From Candidatus Thorarchaeota archaeon (lineage in GTDB: Archaea > Asgardarchaeota > Thorarchaeia > Thorarchaeales > Thorarchaeaceae), in the NCBI GenBank assembly GCA_011364905.1, contig RDNZ01000001.1:1-64000 (forward strand): a stretch of 64,000 nt of DNA, in the 5' to 3' direction. The notes under the pieces are model-generated. The model ran no database searches, was not told the DNA's origin, and worked only from the letters and a program-made list of their open reading frames with translations. The translations under genes were made by a program, and so were the position numbers. Numbering within the stretch: position 1 is the stretch's first letter; every line of letters starts with the position of its first letter. Below, piece by piece: positions 1-10,134 of the stretch.

Positions 1-69
1 AAAACCGAAGCAGAGAGAGTTCCATTATCTCCGGAAGGTTTGCGAGATCTGCTACTTAGCGAAATGTAA
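1..69 (+). CDS. 3' end of a CDS truncated by the window edge (KTEAERVPLSPEGLRDLLLSEM*)
   Basis: Frame 1 is open from base 1 to TAA at 67-69; product unknown. Confidence 0.4.
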   Translation, partial: KTEAERVPLSPEGLRDLLLSEM

Positions 70-145
70 GGTTGCGTCTTGCAACTTGCATTGATAAGTC
101 AAGAAGGATATATATGAGAGTTTACAAACCTAGGTTCGGAGTGGG

Positions 146-2200
146 GTGTTATCGACGGACGAGAAAAGGCGGAAGTTCGAAGCTGCGAACTTCTTCAAAC
201 TCGGTCACTCATATGTCATGAGAGATTTCCTCGACAAGGCAGAAGTGGCATTCCAAAAGACCGTCAAACTCGATCCAGAACATGCATTGGCTTGGGCATA
301 CCTATGCAAAATTCACGAGAAACATGGAAGGAAGAATGAAGCAGAAGAGTACTACAAAAAAGCCCTCTTATTAGACAAAGGGATTGATTTCAAAAAGATC
401 ACATATGAGTGCCGATTGCTTGAGGACAAGCAAGCGATGACAAATATGATGCTCCAATACAAGGATGGCAAGATGACGACTGCTGATTTCATGTCCTATG
501 TTGAAAGCATACCCGCACGCTCAATTGCGCTTATTGGAAATGATTCAGCAGGTAGACATTTCTTCAGAAGAGCAGTCGACAAAGCAGTTACGGAGAGAAT
601 TCTTGCCTTTGAGTTCCGAGGTCTAGCGTCATTTCTAAGTCCACTAAACATCCCATTCGAGAGAATTGTACTCACTTTAGAGATGAACCTAGTACCAATG
701 TTCCTCACCACGAATAGTGTCGAAGACTTTTGTGAATTCATTGATTTCATACGTACCAAGATATCTAAGACGGAAGAAGAACGTGCTCTCCAAGGTCGGC
801 TTGAGTTTTGGCACACACTCTCGGTTAAATTCAAGCCATTTGCGGACACGACCAATGATTCTTTCGAACGTGCTGTTAGCTTGTTCAATATTGTTGAAAC
901 GCAAAAGAAGGCTGAAGGTAAACAGGCTTCATTCATTCCTCTGCTAAACGAGATAGTGACATTCATTATTACGTCGGTGGCTGAAGAAGGAAAGAAGGGG
1001 ACCAATAGACTACTTAGTGCGTTTAATGCTCCAATTCCCAGAGTAATAGAAATCCTAGAGGACAACTTAGTCGCTGCTTTTCTAACATCAAAGAACAGGC
1101 AACAAGTGATTGACCTGATGGTTTCACTTCAGAGTGAAATGGTAAGAAGAAAAAGGGCGAAGAAGCATATAGCGAGGGCAGATAATTGGCTCGACTTACT
1201 GAATCGCCTCCAAGTGGCAATGGAGAAATCAAGTGACGAGTTCGATCAGATCGTCAATCTGTTGGATGTGATTGTTGATACAAAAGCCAAGTTTCAACCC
1301 ATGGTAATTGCAGAGCAGTCTTTAAGAATGATTGAGAGAGATCTCTCACGGATTGAACGCTTTGATATCTTTCTATTGAGAGTTCTGCACTGGGATCTTT
1401 TCGAGAGTAAGCGAGTCGACAAACGAGTTATCCGCAAGTGGCTAGCTGCAATAAAACGAGCATACTTCAAGCTGCAGCTAATGAGTAAGAACCACGAGTT
1501 GAAGCTGAATGAATCAGAGAGGGTTCGTCTTCGAGAGATTGCAGAGAGTATGCTCATATTCTCGATAGCGAGCAGGACGAGCGACCTGATAGAAAAAATG
1601 GCCATGTCTGGAATGCGAAACCTCAATGTCATCGATGTGTTTTTGCCTGAGGAATACCTCTCATTCTCAATTCCTGCTTTCCGCGTTATGGATGACTTCT
1701 TGAAGAATCCTCTTGGACTGGCATTGATGATTGAACACAGGAACCCACAAATGAAGTTCGATTTGGGTTTCTGGTCTCTCTCCTTGACAATTACCCTTAC
1801 TCAACTCCCTCCAGTGCTATTCGTTGATAGTCATTATGTAGATTTTATTGTTCCCGAGTACCTGAAGACTTTAGCTCTCGCAATGAAGGTGAACCTACCA
1901 GTCCTCAGTAGAATTCATAGATTGGCGAATATGAGCATCAAGCCTCAAGACATCATGATACGAATCTTCAAAGGTCTTTCAGACCATTCTGCGGTTCAGC
2001 TGACACGAGAACAGGTTATCGAGGCTCTTCGATATGGGGGGTGGGACATAAGCCTTTGTGACTTGATTATCAAGGAAGAGAAGTACTGCATATATTGTTC
2101 CTATGCACTTCCAAAGGATGCAACTCAATGTCCAAACTGCGATAGACCTGTTGAGGACATTGATCTATCTGACCTTACCATTGATGATGTGGACCTATGA
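146..2200 (+). CDS. TPR-containing helical protein with an internal duplication (126-aa period) and C-terminal zinc ribbon
   Basis: N-terminal TPR pair (AEVAFQKTVKLDPEHALAWAYLCKIHEKHGRKNEAEEYYKKAL); C-terminal CIYC-x10-CPNC; acidic tail. Confidence 0.8.
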   Translation: MLSTDEKRRKFEAANFFKLGHSYVMRDFLDKAEVAFQKTVKLDPEHALAWAYLCKIHEKHGRKNEAEEYYKKALLLDKGIDFKKITYECRLLEDKQAMTNMMLQYKDGKMTTADFMSYVESIPARSIALIGNDSAGRHFFRRAVDKAVTERILAFEFRGLASFLSPLNIPFERIVLTLEMNLVPMFLTTNSVEDFCEFIDFIRTKISKTEEERALQGRLEFWHTLSVKFKPFADTTNDSFERAVSLFNIVETQKKAEGKQASFIPLLNEIVTFIITSVAEEGKKGTNRLLSAFNAPIPRVIEILEDNLVAAFLTSKNRQQVIDLMVSLQSEMVRRKRAKKHIARADNWLDLLNRLQVAMEKSSDEFDQIVNLLDVIVDTKAKFQPMVIAEQSLRMIERDLSRIERFDIFLLRVLHWDLFESKRVDKRVIRKWLAAIKRAYFKLQLMSKNHELKLNESERVRLREIAESMLIFSIASRTSDLIEKMAMSGMRNLNVIDVFLPEEYLSFSIPAFRVMDDFLKNPLGLALMIEHRNPQMKFDLGFWSLSLTITLTQLPPVLFVDSHYVDFIVPEYLKTLALAMKVNLPVLSRIHRLANMSIKPQDIMIRIFKGLSDHSAVQLTREQVIEALRYGGWDISLCDLIIKEEKYCIYCSYALPKDATQCPNCDRPVEDIDLSDLTIDDVDL

Positions 2201-2272
2201 AGAGGATAACTGATATAGTACGTATGGATATATTCAATTAGACTGAAAAAACACAATTAGAGAGATAGTGAA

Positions 2273-2887
2273 ATGAACTTCGGTGCTCCTGGTGATAGAA
2301 CCTATAAACTAGTCCTCATAGGAGATGGGGCTGTAGGCAAAACAAGCATCAGAGAGCGCTATCTAGGGAAAGGATTCAAGCGGAGCCAACTAGCGACCAT
2401 TGGCGTGGACTTTGCCCAGAAGTATACTACCTACAATGGAGTGAATGTCAGACACATCATCTGGGATCTGGCAGGACAACCATCTTACGCAAGTGTCCGG
2501 AGACACTACTATCAAGGCAGCAGTGCCATTCTTCTTGTCTATTCGGTAGTTGAGAGGGAGTCTTTTGACAATGCGAGCAAATGGCTTGTTGAGGCTCATA
2601 AACATCTTAGAGGAGCGGAATGGAGCGGTTGGGAGTGGTTCCCGACTGCGATTATCGGAAACAAAATAGATCTCCGAGAGTCTGGCCAATTTGAGGATGT
2701 AGTATCTACTGAGGAAGGCAGAGAGTTCTCAGACCACTTTAGTGAAACACTCAAGGCACCTGTGTTGTATAAAGAAACATCTGCGCTGACAGGTGCGAAC
2801 ATCGATGCGACTTTCTCCGAACTCACTGGACTCATGTTCCAGGCAGATGAGAACAGGCTACCCCGCCGTGTTGATTCATCAAACTGA
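2273..2887 (+). CDS. Rab-like small GTPase (Ras superfamily)
   Basis: G1 GDGAVGKT, G2 TIGVDF, G3 WDLAGQ, YYQG, G4 NKID, G5 ETSA; no C-terminal Cys. Confidence 0.95.
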   Translation: MNFGAPGDRTYKLVLIGDGAVGKTSIRERYLGKGFKRSQLATIGVDFAQKYTTYNGVNVRHIIWDLAGQPSYASVRRHYYQGSSAILLVYSVVERESFDNASKWLVEAHKHLRGAEWSGWEWFPTAIIGNKIDLRESGQFEDVVSTEEGREFSDHFSETLKAPVLYKETSALTGANIDATFSELTGLMFQADENRLPRRVDSSN

Positions 2888-2942
2888 AGTTGATATTCCG
2901 CATTTGCACAATAGCAAGTGCGAGGAGTTTGTTCTTCTGTTT

Positions 2943-4757
2943 CTATAGTGTCGCCTCAAGCTGCTTGATGAAGTCCTTAAACTGATTGATGCCTTTCTGC
3001 CAGAACTCCTCTTTTGTAATGTCAAATCCCATTTCTGCTGCAAGCTGTCGTGGACTTTTGCTTGATCCGGAAGACAGCAGAGCTTTGAACTTCGGAACAA
3101 ACTCCTTACCAAGTTCCTTGTATAGTCTGTATAGTGCATATACAAAGAGCTGAGCATAGACATACGGGTAGTTGTAGTATCGATAGTTGGCCATGTAGAA
3201 GTGCAGTTTGAATGTCCACCACCACTTCATCTCTGGAAGCCACTCCACAGCATCACCATACATCTTTGTACGAGCTTTCACCCAGTAATCTGATATCGTT
3301 TCACCGTCAAGGAATTTCCCTTTCTGGATTGCTTCATATAGCATGGTTTCAAACCAAGTACGCGTGGAGACCTGAAATGCAGTGTCTCCAAATTCATCGC
3401 AGACGGTGACCAAGATTGTGCGCCGTTCATCTTCTGAGGCAATCTCTGAGAGAAGCTTGTCAGTTAGGAGCAACTCACCAAAGATTGATGCTGTTTCAGC
3501 AACACAACTGCCCAACTCATAGTTACTTGGTTTCTGAGCTCGAGTGCCGTGATATACATGAAGGGCATGGCCGAGTTCGTGAGCCTGCGTAAAGACATCT
3601 GAGATTACTCCATTGAAGCTCTGAAGAATATAGGCGCTCTTCCCCGCGTGCCATGTCATGCAGTATGCTCCTGATCTTTTCCCAGTCCGAACAACAGCAT
3701 CGATATGTCGGTTATCAAACATCTCTTCTATCCATTTTCCACTCTCATCATCAAACTGGGTGTAGGCATCAACCACAAGTTTTCGAGATTCTTCCCATGT
3801 GTATTTCTTCTCGGAACTACCGGGCAAGGGAGCCATAATATCCCAGTTTCCAAGCTTTCTTAGACCCATGGCTTTTGCTTTGAGTTTGAGATAGTTCTGA
3901 TAAACAGGAGCATTCTTCTCAATGGTGTTCATTAGGGCAGTGATTGTTTCTTCGTCAACATCGTTAGAAATGAAACTCTGTGTCATTGGAGATGGATATT
4001 TTCTCAATTTGCACATAGTTAGATGGTCTGAGAAGATCGCTCGAAGGGCAGAAGACCATACAATCTCGTCCTTGCCGAGATTGCTGTACACTACTTCATG
4101 GACACGACGCCTTAGGTCACGATTTGGATTGTCATATAAGCTGATAATTTCACCATAAGGAAGAGTCTTTTTTTCGCCATCTATCTCAATGTCATATTTC
4201 TGGGAAGCGAGCCAGTCTCCTTGTAGGATCGACCAAGCCCGTACACCATTTCTGTCCTTAGCTATGACGACCTGTTCTTCTTCTTCAGACATCAAATAAG
4301 GAACAGCGCGCAGCATTTTTTCGAGCTTGTGTTTGTATTCCGAAAGGACAGGGGCATTCACAATGTCAGGATTCTTTGTCAGCAGTTCACCCAACTCGAT
4401 ATCGACAAATGCTGCGGCTTGCTGCAAACTGGAATATGCATTTCTAAATTTGTCGTGGAGCCTCTTAGAGACCTCCTGATTCATATCGGCGTCATACATA
4501 ATGCGAGAGTAGACAATGGCGCCTTCAAACTCCAAGTCCATCTTGTCGAGTTCCTCTAGTATCTCGAGTACTTGCGCTGGAGTGAAGGAGGTTATCTTCC
4601 CTCTGTTTTTGTCACGGAAGCGTTCCATTGCTTGAACAGCAGCTGTCAATCTTTCCTCAATATACGCAGGGTCATCAAATTCAACCAACTGAGAAAGGTC
4701 CCAGCTCATTTTCTCTGACTCGGTCATCGTCTTATCATCGACTAGCGAGGATTCCAT
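2943..4757 (-). CDS. pepF: Oligoendopeptidase F (peptidase M3B)
   Basis: N-terminal WDLS, GKRSGAYC, zinc motif HELGHALH, AETASIFGE, HFY..YYNYPY. Confidence 0.92.
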   Translation of the reverse strand: MESSLVDDKTMTESEKMSWDLSQLVEFDDPAYIEERLTAAVQAMERFRDKNRGKITSFTPAQVLEILEELDKMDLEFEGAIVYSRIMYDADMNQEVSKRLHDKFRNAYSSLQQAAAFVDIELGELLTKNPDIVNAPVLSEYKHKLEKMLRAVPYLMSEEEEQVVIAKDRNGVRAWSILQGDWLASQKYDIEIDGEKKTLPYGEIISLYDNPNRDLRRRVHEVVYSNLGKDEIVWSSALRAIFSDHLTMCKLRKYPSPMTQSFISNDVDEETITALMNTIEKNAPVYQNYLKLKAKAMGLRKLGNWDIMAPLPGSSEKKYTWEESRKLVVDAYTQFDDESGKWIEEMFDNRHIDAVVRTGKRSGAYCMTWHAGKSAYILQSFNGVISDVFTQAHELGHALHVYHGTRAQKPSNYELGSCVAETASIFGELLLTDKLLSEIASEDERRTILVTVCDEFGDTAFQVSTRTWFETMLYEAIQKGKFLDGETISDYWVKARTKMYGDAVEWLPEMKWWWTFKLHFYMANYRYYNYPYVYAQLFVYALYRLYKELGKEFVPKFKALLSSGSSKSPRQLAAEMGFDITKEEFWQKGINQFKDFIKQLEATL

Positions 4758-4862
4758 TTATCTTAAGAGTACTATGTCGTGGGCATATCACAGTTGAGCA
4801 AGTTCATACAGGAAGGAACTTGTTTAGATGATTTTCAACGCTTTGTTCTATCTTTGTGTTGA

Positions 4863-6728
4863 CTACACTATTCGCTTCAGCCACTCGACAACTTCACTAT
4901 ATGCTTTAATCCTGTTTTTCAGTTTGGCAAGACCATGCCCCTCATCCGCAAAACGCATCAACCTTACTGGTAGTTCCTTAGCTTTGAGTTTCTCATATAT
5001 CTGAACTGATTCCGATAGGGGGACTCGTTCATCATTGTCACCTTGAATTATGAACAACGGAGCTGATATTCTGTCAATCTTGTGGATTGGGCTTATCTTC
5101 ACTAGGGCATCCATGTCATGTTCGAGGCTGCCATACTCTGCCTCTCGAAGAGACCTTCTCCAAGCTGCGGTGTTCTTTAGAAATGTGACAAAGTTTGAAA
5201 CGCCAACAATGTCTACACCAGCTTTCCAGAGTTCAGGGTGTTCAGTCATGGCTGACAGGACTGCGAATCCTCCATAACTGCCGCCATACACGACAAGTCT
5301 ATCCCCATCAATTTCATTATCACTTTCCTTAAGATAAAGAGCAAGGTGCTTGATATCTCTGATTGAGTCAAGTCTTTTCTCTACATTGTCCAAATCGAGA
5401 TACTTGCGCCCATAGCCATCACTTCCTCGAATGTTCGGCGTGATCACAGCAAATCCAGCAGAGAGATAGAATTGTATCACCGGATTGAAATCTGGTCGAA
5501 TCTGAGCCTCGGGTCCTCCGTGTATCATAAGAATTGCGGGCCAACCGTTTTCTGGAATCCCACCCAGTGGCATGTATTTGAAATATGGAACGCTAAGTTG
5601 ATCAAATGAATTGAACCTATGAAGTGTTGGTTCCACAAAGGTGCTAGGGTCTAAACCAGCAAGACTGACATCGACTGCCCTCCAGTTTGTCATGTCTTTG
5701 ATATCTAGTATCCAAATACTTGTTGGTTGATTTCCCGAACTCATTGTTACTGCAAGCAGATGTTCATCATTGGAAAGCACGAGACCCTTGCTATGGCTCC
5801 ATGTACGTGCATCACCTGTTGGAACAACTCCTCTCAACGGGAATGCAAGGGTTTCAAAGTCACTGAAATTCTGATCAGAGAATTTCGCTCTGTGTAATGT
5901 GCTGTAACCCTCTTGATTCTCCAAAAAATATGTCCAGGTCGAGTCCTTCGTGAAGGTATGGTTCTCAATATCAAATTTAGTAAGATCTGCAAGTCTGTCC
6001 AATGGATGATATCTTCCATGCGTCGAGAGGATTGCGAGTCTAGTTGAATCTGAGTTGTGATCAGTAATCACCAGGATGTGCTCAGAATCAATTAATCGTA
6101 CGACTTCCCATCTGGTCGGAGTACCCCGGCAGATTGCCGCTGTTAGATTTGCGAGTTCCCCACTAAGCAAATCGAGAATTAGAAGCTGCTGATCCAAGTT
6201 CCCGTAGAACTGCGTCATGAGGATTTTGGTGTCACTAACCATAGCACCAGAAACCGCGATTAGTCCCTTATCAGGTTCAAAGATCAATTCTGGCCAGTTT
6301 TGATTGAGAGGAATCTTCCATCTATAGACATCAAGTCTAGCTTTGTCAGTTATGTTTGCACTGAAGTACACGTAAGAGTCCGATGCAAAAGTTATCCTGT
6401 GCTTCACTTCAAGATTTGATGTGAGCCACTCCACGCTCCTATCATTGTCAATAATCCCAATCTGAAAGTTCTCATCTCCATTGCGGTCACGGGTGAAGAC
6501 TAGAGTGCCATCAGAGAGATATCTTGGATCCGTACACCTATCCTCTTCATTTGTGAGCTGAACACGAGGAAGACTCTTTCCCTTTTCTATATCGCAGGTG
6601 TAGATTTGGTACAACCCTGTAGAATTGGATGTGAATGCTATTCGTTTTCCATCGGGATGCCATGTTGCGCCTCCTGCGGTTTCTACAGCAAGGTAGTCTT
6701 CAAATTTGATCTCCGAAGTCATACTCAA
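4863..6728 (-). CDS. S9 family peptidase (acylaminoacyl/dipeptidyl aminopeptidase)
   Basis: N-terminal beta-propeller; IHGGPE, NIRGSDGYG, nucleophile GGSYGG, GDNDERVP, DEGHG. Confidence 0.93.
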   Translation of the reverse strand: MSMTSEIKFEDYLAVETAGGATWHPDGKRIAFTSNSTGLYQIYTCDIEKGKSLPRVQLTNEEDRCTDPRYLSDGTLVFTRDRNGDENFQIGIIDNDRSVEWLTSNLEVKHRITFASDSYVYFSANITDKARLDVYRWKIPLNQNWPELIFEPDKGLIAVSGAMVSDTKILMTQFYGNLDQQLLILDLLSGELANLTAAICRGTPTRWEVVRLIDSEHILVITDHNSDSTRLAILSTHGRYHPLDRLADLTKFDIENHTFTKDSTWTYFLENQEGYSTLHRAKFSDQNFSDFETLAFPLRGVVPTGDARTWSHSKGLVLSNDEHLLAVTMSSGNQPTSIWILDIKDMTNWRAVDVSLAGLDPSTFVEPTLHRFNSFDQLSVPYFKYMPLGGIPENGWPAILMIHGGPEAQIRPDFNPVIQFYLSAGFAVITPNIRGSDGYGRKYLDLDNVEKRLDSIRDIKHLALYLKESDNEIDGDRLVVYGGSYGGFAVLSAMTEHPELWKAGVDIVGVSNFVTFLKNTAAWRRSLREAEYGSLEHDMDALVKISPIHKIDRISAPLFIIQGDNDERVPLSESVQIYEKLKAKELPVRLMRFADEGHGLAKLKNRIKAYSEVVEWLKRIV

Positions 6729-6821
6729 CAGGGAAAAGCCTGCGTTTTGAGTATTTCTTTAGGTCGATATTCAATCTCTTTCTAGAAGCTTCACTATAGA
6801 AGAAGGGTACCTTTGGTAGTT

Positions 6822-7643
6822 CTAACTTTCACTGATGCTGTGAAGAGAGTAGTCACGCAGCTCCTCAAGATGTTGAATCAGTGCTTGCCTGTGTTTGCTA
6901 CCCATTAATTCGTCATTTAGGGTTTTGAGATTGTTTTCGACATGCCGATGTAGTTCAGCAGCACTAAAAGATTCGATATCGAAACTCCATTCTCTAAATC
7001 CTAGTAAATATCTAATATTACGTTCAATCAACTCAGAGTTCACTAGTAGCGGATCGTGACCAGTAACAAGGTATCGCCAGTCCAAATTAAGATATGACTT
7101 CAAAGTCCTCACATACTCATCGAAGTTTGCGTGATTCAGGTAAGGTATTGGACTTTCAACATTGTCGCCGACGAAGAGAACTCCATCTCGTTCATCAATA
7201 CAGGTGGAGGAGTCTCGTGTATGTCCTGGACTGTGAATGAACTTCACTTGCTCGCCATTAAAGCTGAAAGTCTCCTGAAATGTTTGATTGGGTGGAACAA
7301 GTTGAACATTTCCTTTCTGGTGGTCAGCATATTTCGTGAGAGAAGTTTTTCCTTCATTTAGGACCCTCTCTTTGCAGAAAACATGTCCTACTATTGTTGC
7401 ACCCTCGAAGGCACTATTTCCCCAGTAGTGATCGTAGTCCGCGTGTGAGTTGAACACCACAACTGGAGTTTGAGCATAGCCCTCTTCTCTAATCAACTGC
7501 TTCACGACTTCCATTGAGTCGTTCCCGAGGAAGGTGTCTAGCACAAACACATGTTCATCTCCAAAAATAATGTAGACGTTAGTGTAGAATGGATCATTGA
7601 AAGAAACAAGCGCTCCTCTTGAGCCAATTCTTTTTATAGGCAT
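6822..7643 (-). CDS. MBL-fold metallo-hydrolase
   Basis: NSHADYDHYWGN, PGHT, LFVGD, TGH motifs. Confidence 0.88.
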   Translation of the reverse strand: MPIKRIGSRGALVSFNDPFYTNVYIIFGDEHVFVLDTFLGNDSMEVVKQLIREEGYAQTPVVVFNSHADYDHYWGNSAFEGATIVGHVFCKERVLNEGKTSLTKYADHQKGNVQLVPPNQTFQETFSFNGEQVKFIHSPGHTRDSSTCIDERDGVLFVGDNVESPIPYLNHANFDEYVRTLKSYLNLDWRYLVTGHDPLLVNSELIERNIRYLLGFREWSFDIESFSAAELHRHVENNLKTLNDELMGSKHRQALIQHLEELRDYSLHSISES

Positions 7644-7904
7644 AGTCCTTCAATCCGTTAGAATGGTTAACTTTCTAATTCTGCAAACCTGGCTGTTTTG
7701 ATGCTGAATACAAGGCGTTTTCCAGTCATGTTGAGCCAATCTACTGGCATAATAACTTTTACAATGAAGTATCCGAGTTTCATTTCGATTATATCGAACT
7801 ATATTGAATGAAACCCATCCTTTAGCCTCAGTGATTCGAACTCCAGCAACTTCGGGAAATCCCTTTTCTATTGCCAAAAGTATTGATAAGAATCATTATA
7901 CAAT

Positions 7905-9332
7905 CTATTCTGACGAGCTGTATTTCTTCTTAAGCTGGTCGTAAGCGAGTTCTAGTTTCTCAAGATCCTCAGGGGCTTCATATGTGTAGTCGTGAAGAAG
8001 AGATGTTACTCTTTCATTAGCTCTCGCAAGTATAGTCTTGGAACCCGACTCCAGCCATTTGTCAGGCATCAACCTACAAAGAACATCGGATGGCATAAAG
8101 TGTTCAGACCTGAACCTCTTTGATGTGTGTTTCTGCCCAAGGTAGTTGCCGCCCGGTCCGACAATTTCCAGCAGATTAGCAACAACATCCAAATCTTCCA
8201 TGTCGATCCCTCGTGTTAGCCGATATGCTGAGCCACAAATTTCATTGTCAATGACAAGTTTCTCGAGAGACTGACAATTAAGCTGGCCCAGCATACCGGG
8301 GCCAGAAACAACATTAATCCGAGCGAGTCCGCCCAACATAATTCCAAGGGCTGACTCGAATCCACTTTGAGAGTCCTCGATTTTCGAATCACTTGCGCCA
8401 AGATATCCGTGAGTAGGTATTCCATAATGTTTACCCATCTCCGCCAAGGCACAAGCCACAACTAATGCCTCTACAGCACCAAATCTGGGAGTAGCATGTT
8501 TCATGTCGAAAGACCCGGGTGCCCCACCATAGATCACTGGAGTGCCAGGATTGGCTAGTTGAGCTATGACTATACCACTGAGGGTTTCGACATTTGACTG
8601 CACTATTGTCCCATTAAGCGTAACAGGGCTGGTTGCACCCATCAGAGGAGCTGGAACTATCTCTGCTGGGATTCCTACCGATGCACAATCAAGCAAGTTT
8701 TGGCATGACAAATCGCTCCAGACAAGGGGAGATAAAGGGCAGCAATCGAAGATAGCTATGGGCTTTTCAGTCAAGGTTTTAGAATCTCCAACAATTGATA
8801 CTAGGAGCTTCTCCATGTCCTGCACTCCTTCCTTCCGAAAGGCGCCTGTTACAATTGGTTTTGGAGAATACTTCAGAGAGAGAAAGAGTCTATGAAAATC
8901 AGAGATCGTTTCAGGAACATCAGAAGCGATGAGCGCAGTGCTTTGAAGTTTAATATGCTCAAGTGTATCGACTAGCTGGATTAGTGCAACAACATCCTTT
9001 GATGTCCCTTTGCGTATCGTACCTGCGTTCCAATCTTTGTAGTAAACAGCTGATGAACCAGGGTTAAAGACGAAATTGTCAGAGCCAATCTTAAACGACT
9101 TCTTCCCATCTCTTGTATATAGATCAAAGGATCTGGGAACCTTTTGAAGAACCTCTTCTACTAGTGATGACGGAACTTTGACAGATTGCTCCTCAACAAC
9201 ACATCCAGATTCAGAAAGTAATTCCAATGCATTCTGATTCCCCACTTTAACTCCAGTAGTTTCTAAGACCTGCATTGACACTGAGTGGATTGCTTGGATG
9301 CTTTCCTTTGATAAGAACTCAAGAGTAGTCAT
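7905..9332 (-). CDS. Trimethylamine methyltransferase (MttB) superfamily protein, non-pyrrolysine type
   Basis: GATSPVTLNG, PGTPVIYG, SDSKIEDSQSGFE, GPGML...SLEKLVIDNEI, VGPGGNYL; no in-frame TAG. Confidence 0.9.
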   Translation of the reverse strand: MTTLEFLSKESIQAIHSVSMQVLETTGVKVGNQNALELLSESGCVVEEQSVKVPSSLVEEVLQKVPRSFDLYTRDGKKSFKIGSDNFVFNPGSSAVYYKDWNAGTIRKGTSKDVVALIQLVDTLEHIKLQSTALIASDVPETISDFHRLFLSLKYSPKPIVTGAFRKEGVQDMEKLLVSIVGDSKTLTEKPIAIFDCCPLSPLVWSDLSCQNLLDCASVGIPAEIVPAPLMGATSPVTLNGTIVQSNVETLSGIVIAQLANPGTPVIYGGAPGSFDMKHATPRFGAVEALVVACALAEMGKHYGIPTHGYLGASDSKIEDSQSGFESALGIMLGGLARINVVSGPGMLGQLNCQSLEKLVIDNEICGSAYRLTRGIDMEDLDVVANLLEIVGPGGNYLGQKHTSKRFRSEHFMPSDVLCRLMPDKWLESGSKTILARANERVTSLLHDYTYEAPEDLEKLELAYDQLKKKYSSSE

Positions 9333-9429
9333 CGTGGTTCACTCAGAATCTCCTAAACTTAAGTGTGCATGCTTGCGAGATAGGCAAACGTAAAAGGATA
9401 GGAGTTCCGAGAAATCAAGAGGCGATCAT

Positions 9430-9903
9430 ATGGCAATTGATGAGGGGAAAGGTTTCACTCAACCTAGAACCGGACCGAAATCTTTCACTGAATACTCATT
9501 TGGCGCACTTCTTGTGTTCGTCGGATTACTAGGATCAATGCTAGCAACATTTGGCTCAGTTTCTGTTTATGTAATGTTTTGGGGACTTGCTTCGCTCTTG
9601 CCTGGATTCAGTTCCCTATATGGCTCAGTAGTCATAGCGGTATTGATGATTCCTTTTGGTATAGCCCAAGGATACTATGCTTGGAAACTACATACTCAAG
9701 ACTTCAGGGCATTTCAGACAGTCAATATCATTTGTGTATTAATAATCGCTCTTTCAATCGTTTCGGCAATACTATCTGGATTTTTTGCTCTACTCACTCT
9801 GCAAATTACAGTAGGGCAGGTTGTATTGAATGCCATTGTGATTTTCTTTCTACTGAGACCGGAAGTACAAGCGGAATTCACTTGGAGCACTGTACAGTAT
9901 TGA
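9430..9903 (+). CDS. Small 4-TM membrane protein
   Basis: Four hydrophobic segments; ends FFLLRPEVQAEF, similar in layout to the neighbouring gene. Confidence 0.75.
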   Translation: MAIDEGKGFTQPRTGPKSFTEYSFGALLVFVGLLGSMLATFGSVSVYVMFWGLASLLPGFSSLYGSVVIAVLMIPFGIAQGYYAWKLHTQDFRAFQTVNIICVLIIALSIVSAILSGFFALLTLQITVGQVVLNAIVIFFLLRPEVQAEFTWSTVQY

Positions 9904-10024
9904 TTGGACTTTCTCCAGATAAGCTGCTTAGAAGTCCATCTACATTCTTTGCTGGTAAGGGCTGAGCAAACCTCGACGATCTTATCACAGTAGTATAAAT
10001 CGCTCCTACAATGATTTTTTGGAC

Positions 10025-10052
10025 GCAAGCGGAGTACTCTGCAGCCGCTTGC
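10025..10052. other. Intergenic GC-rich hairpin
   Basis: GCAAGCGG-N12-CCGCTTGC, perfect 8-bp inverted repeat. Confidence 0.5.
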
Positions 10053-10134
10053 TGATTCGGCAATTGTCGATTTGTTTCAATTGTAGCACGAATATATATT
10101 AGCAACTAAGTTCGAGTCCATTATAACTCTCTAT

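Noticed and set aside
7825-7850. GGAGTTCGAATC T-loop-like motif on the minus strand
   Set aside because: The flanks do not form a T-stem or cloverleaf
7905-9332. Pyrrolysine recoding in the MttB homolog
   Set aside because: Uninterrupted ORF with Ala at the presumed Pyl site
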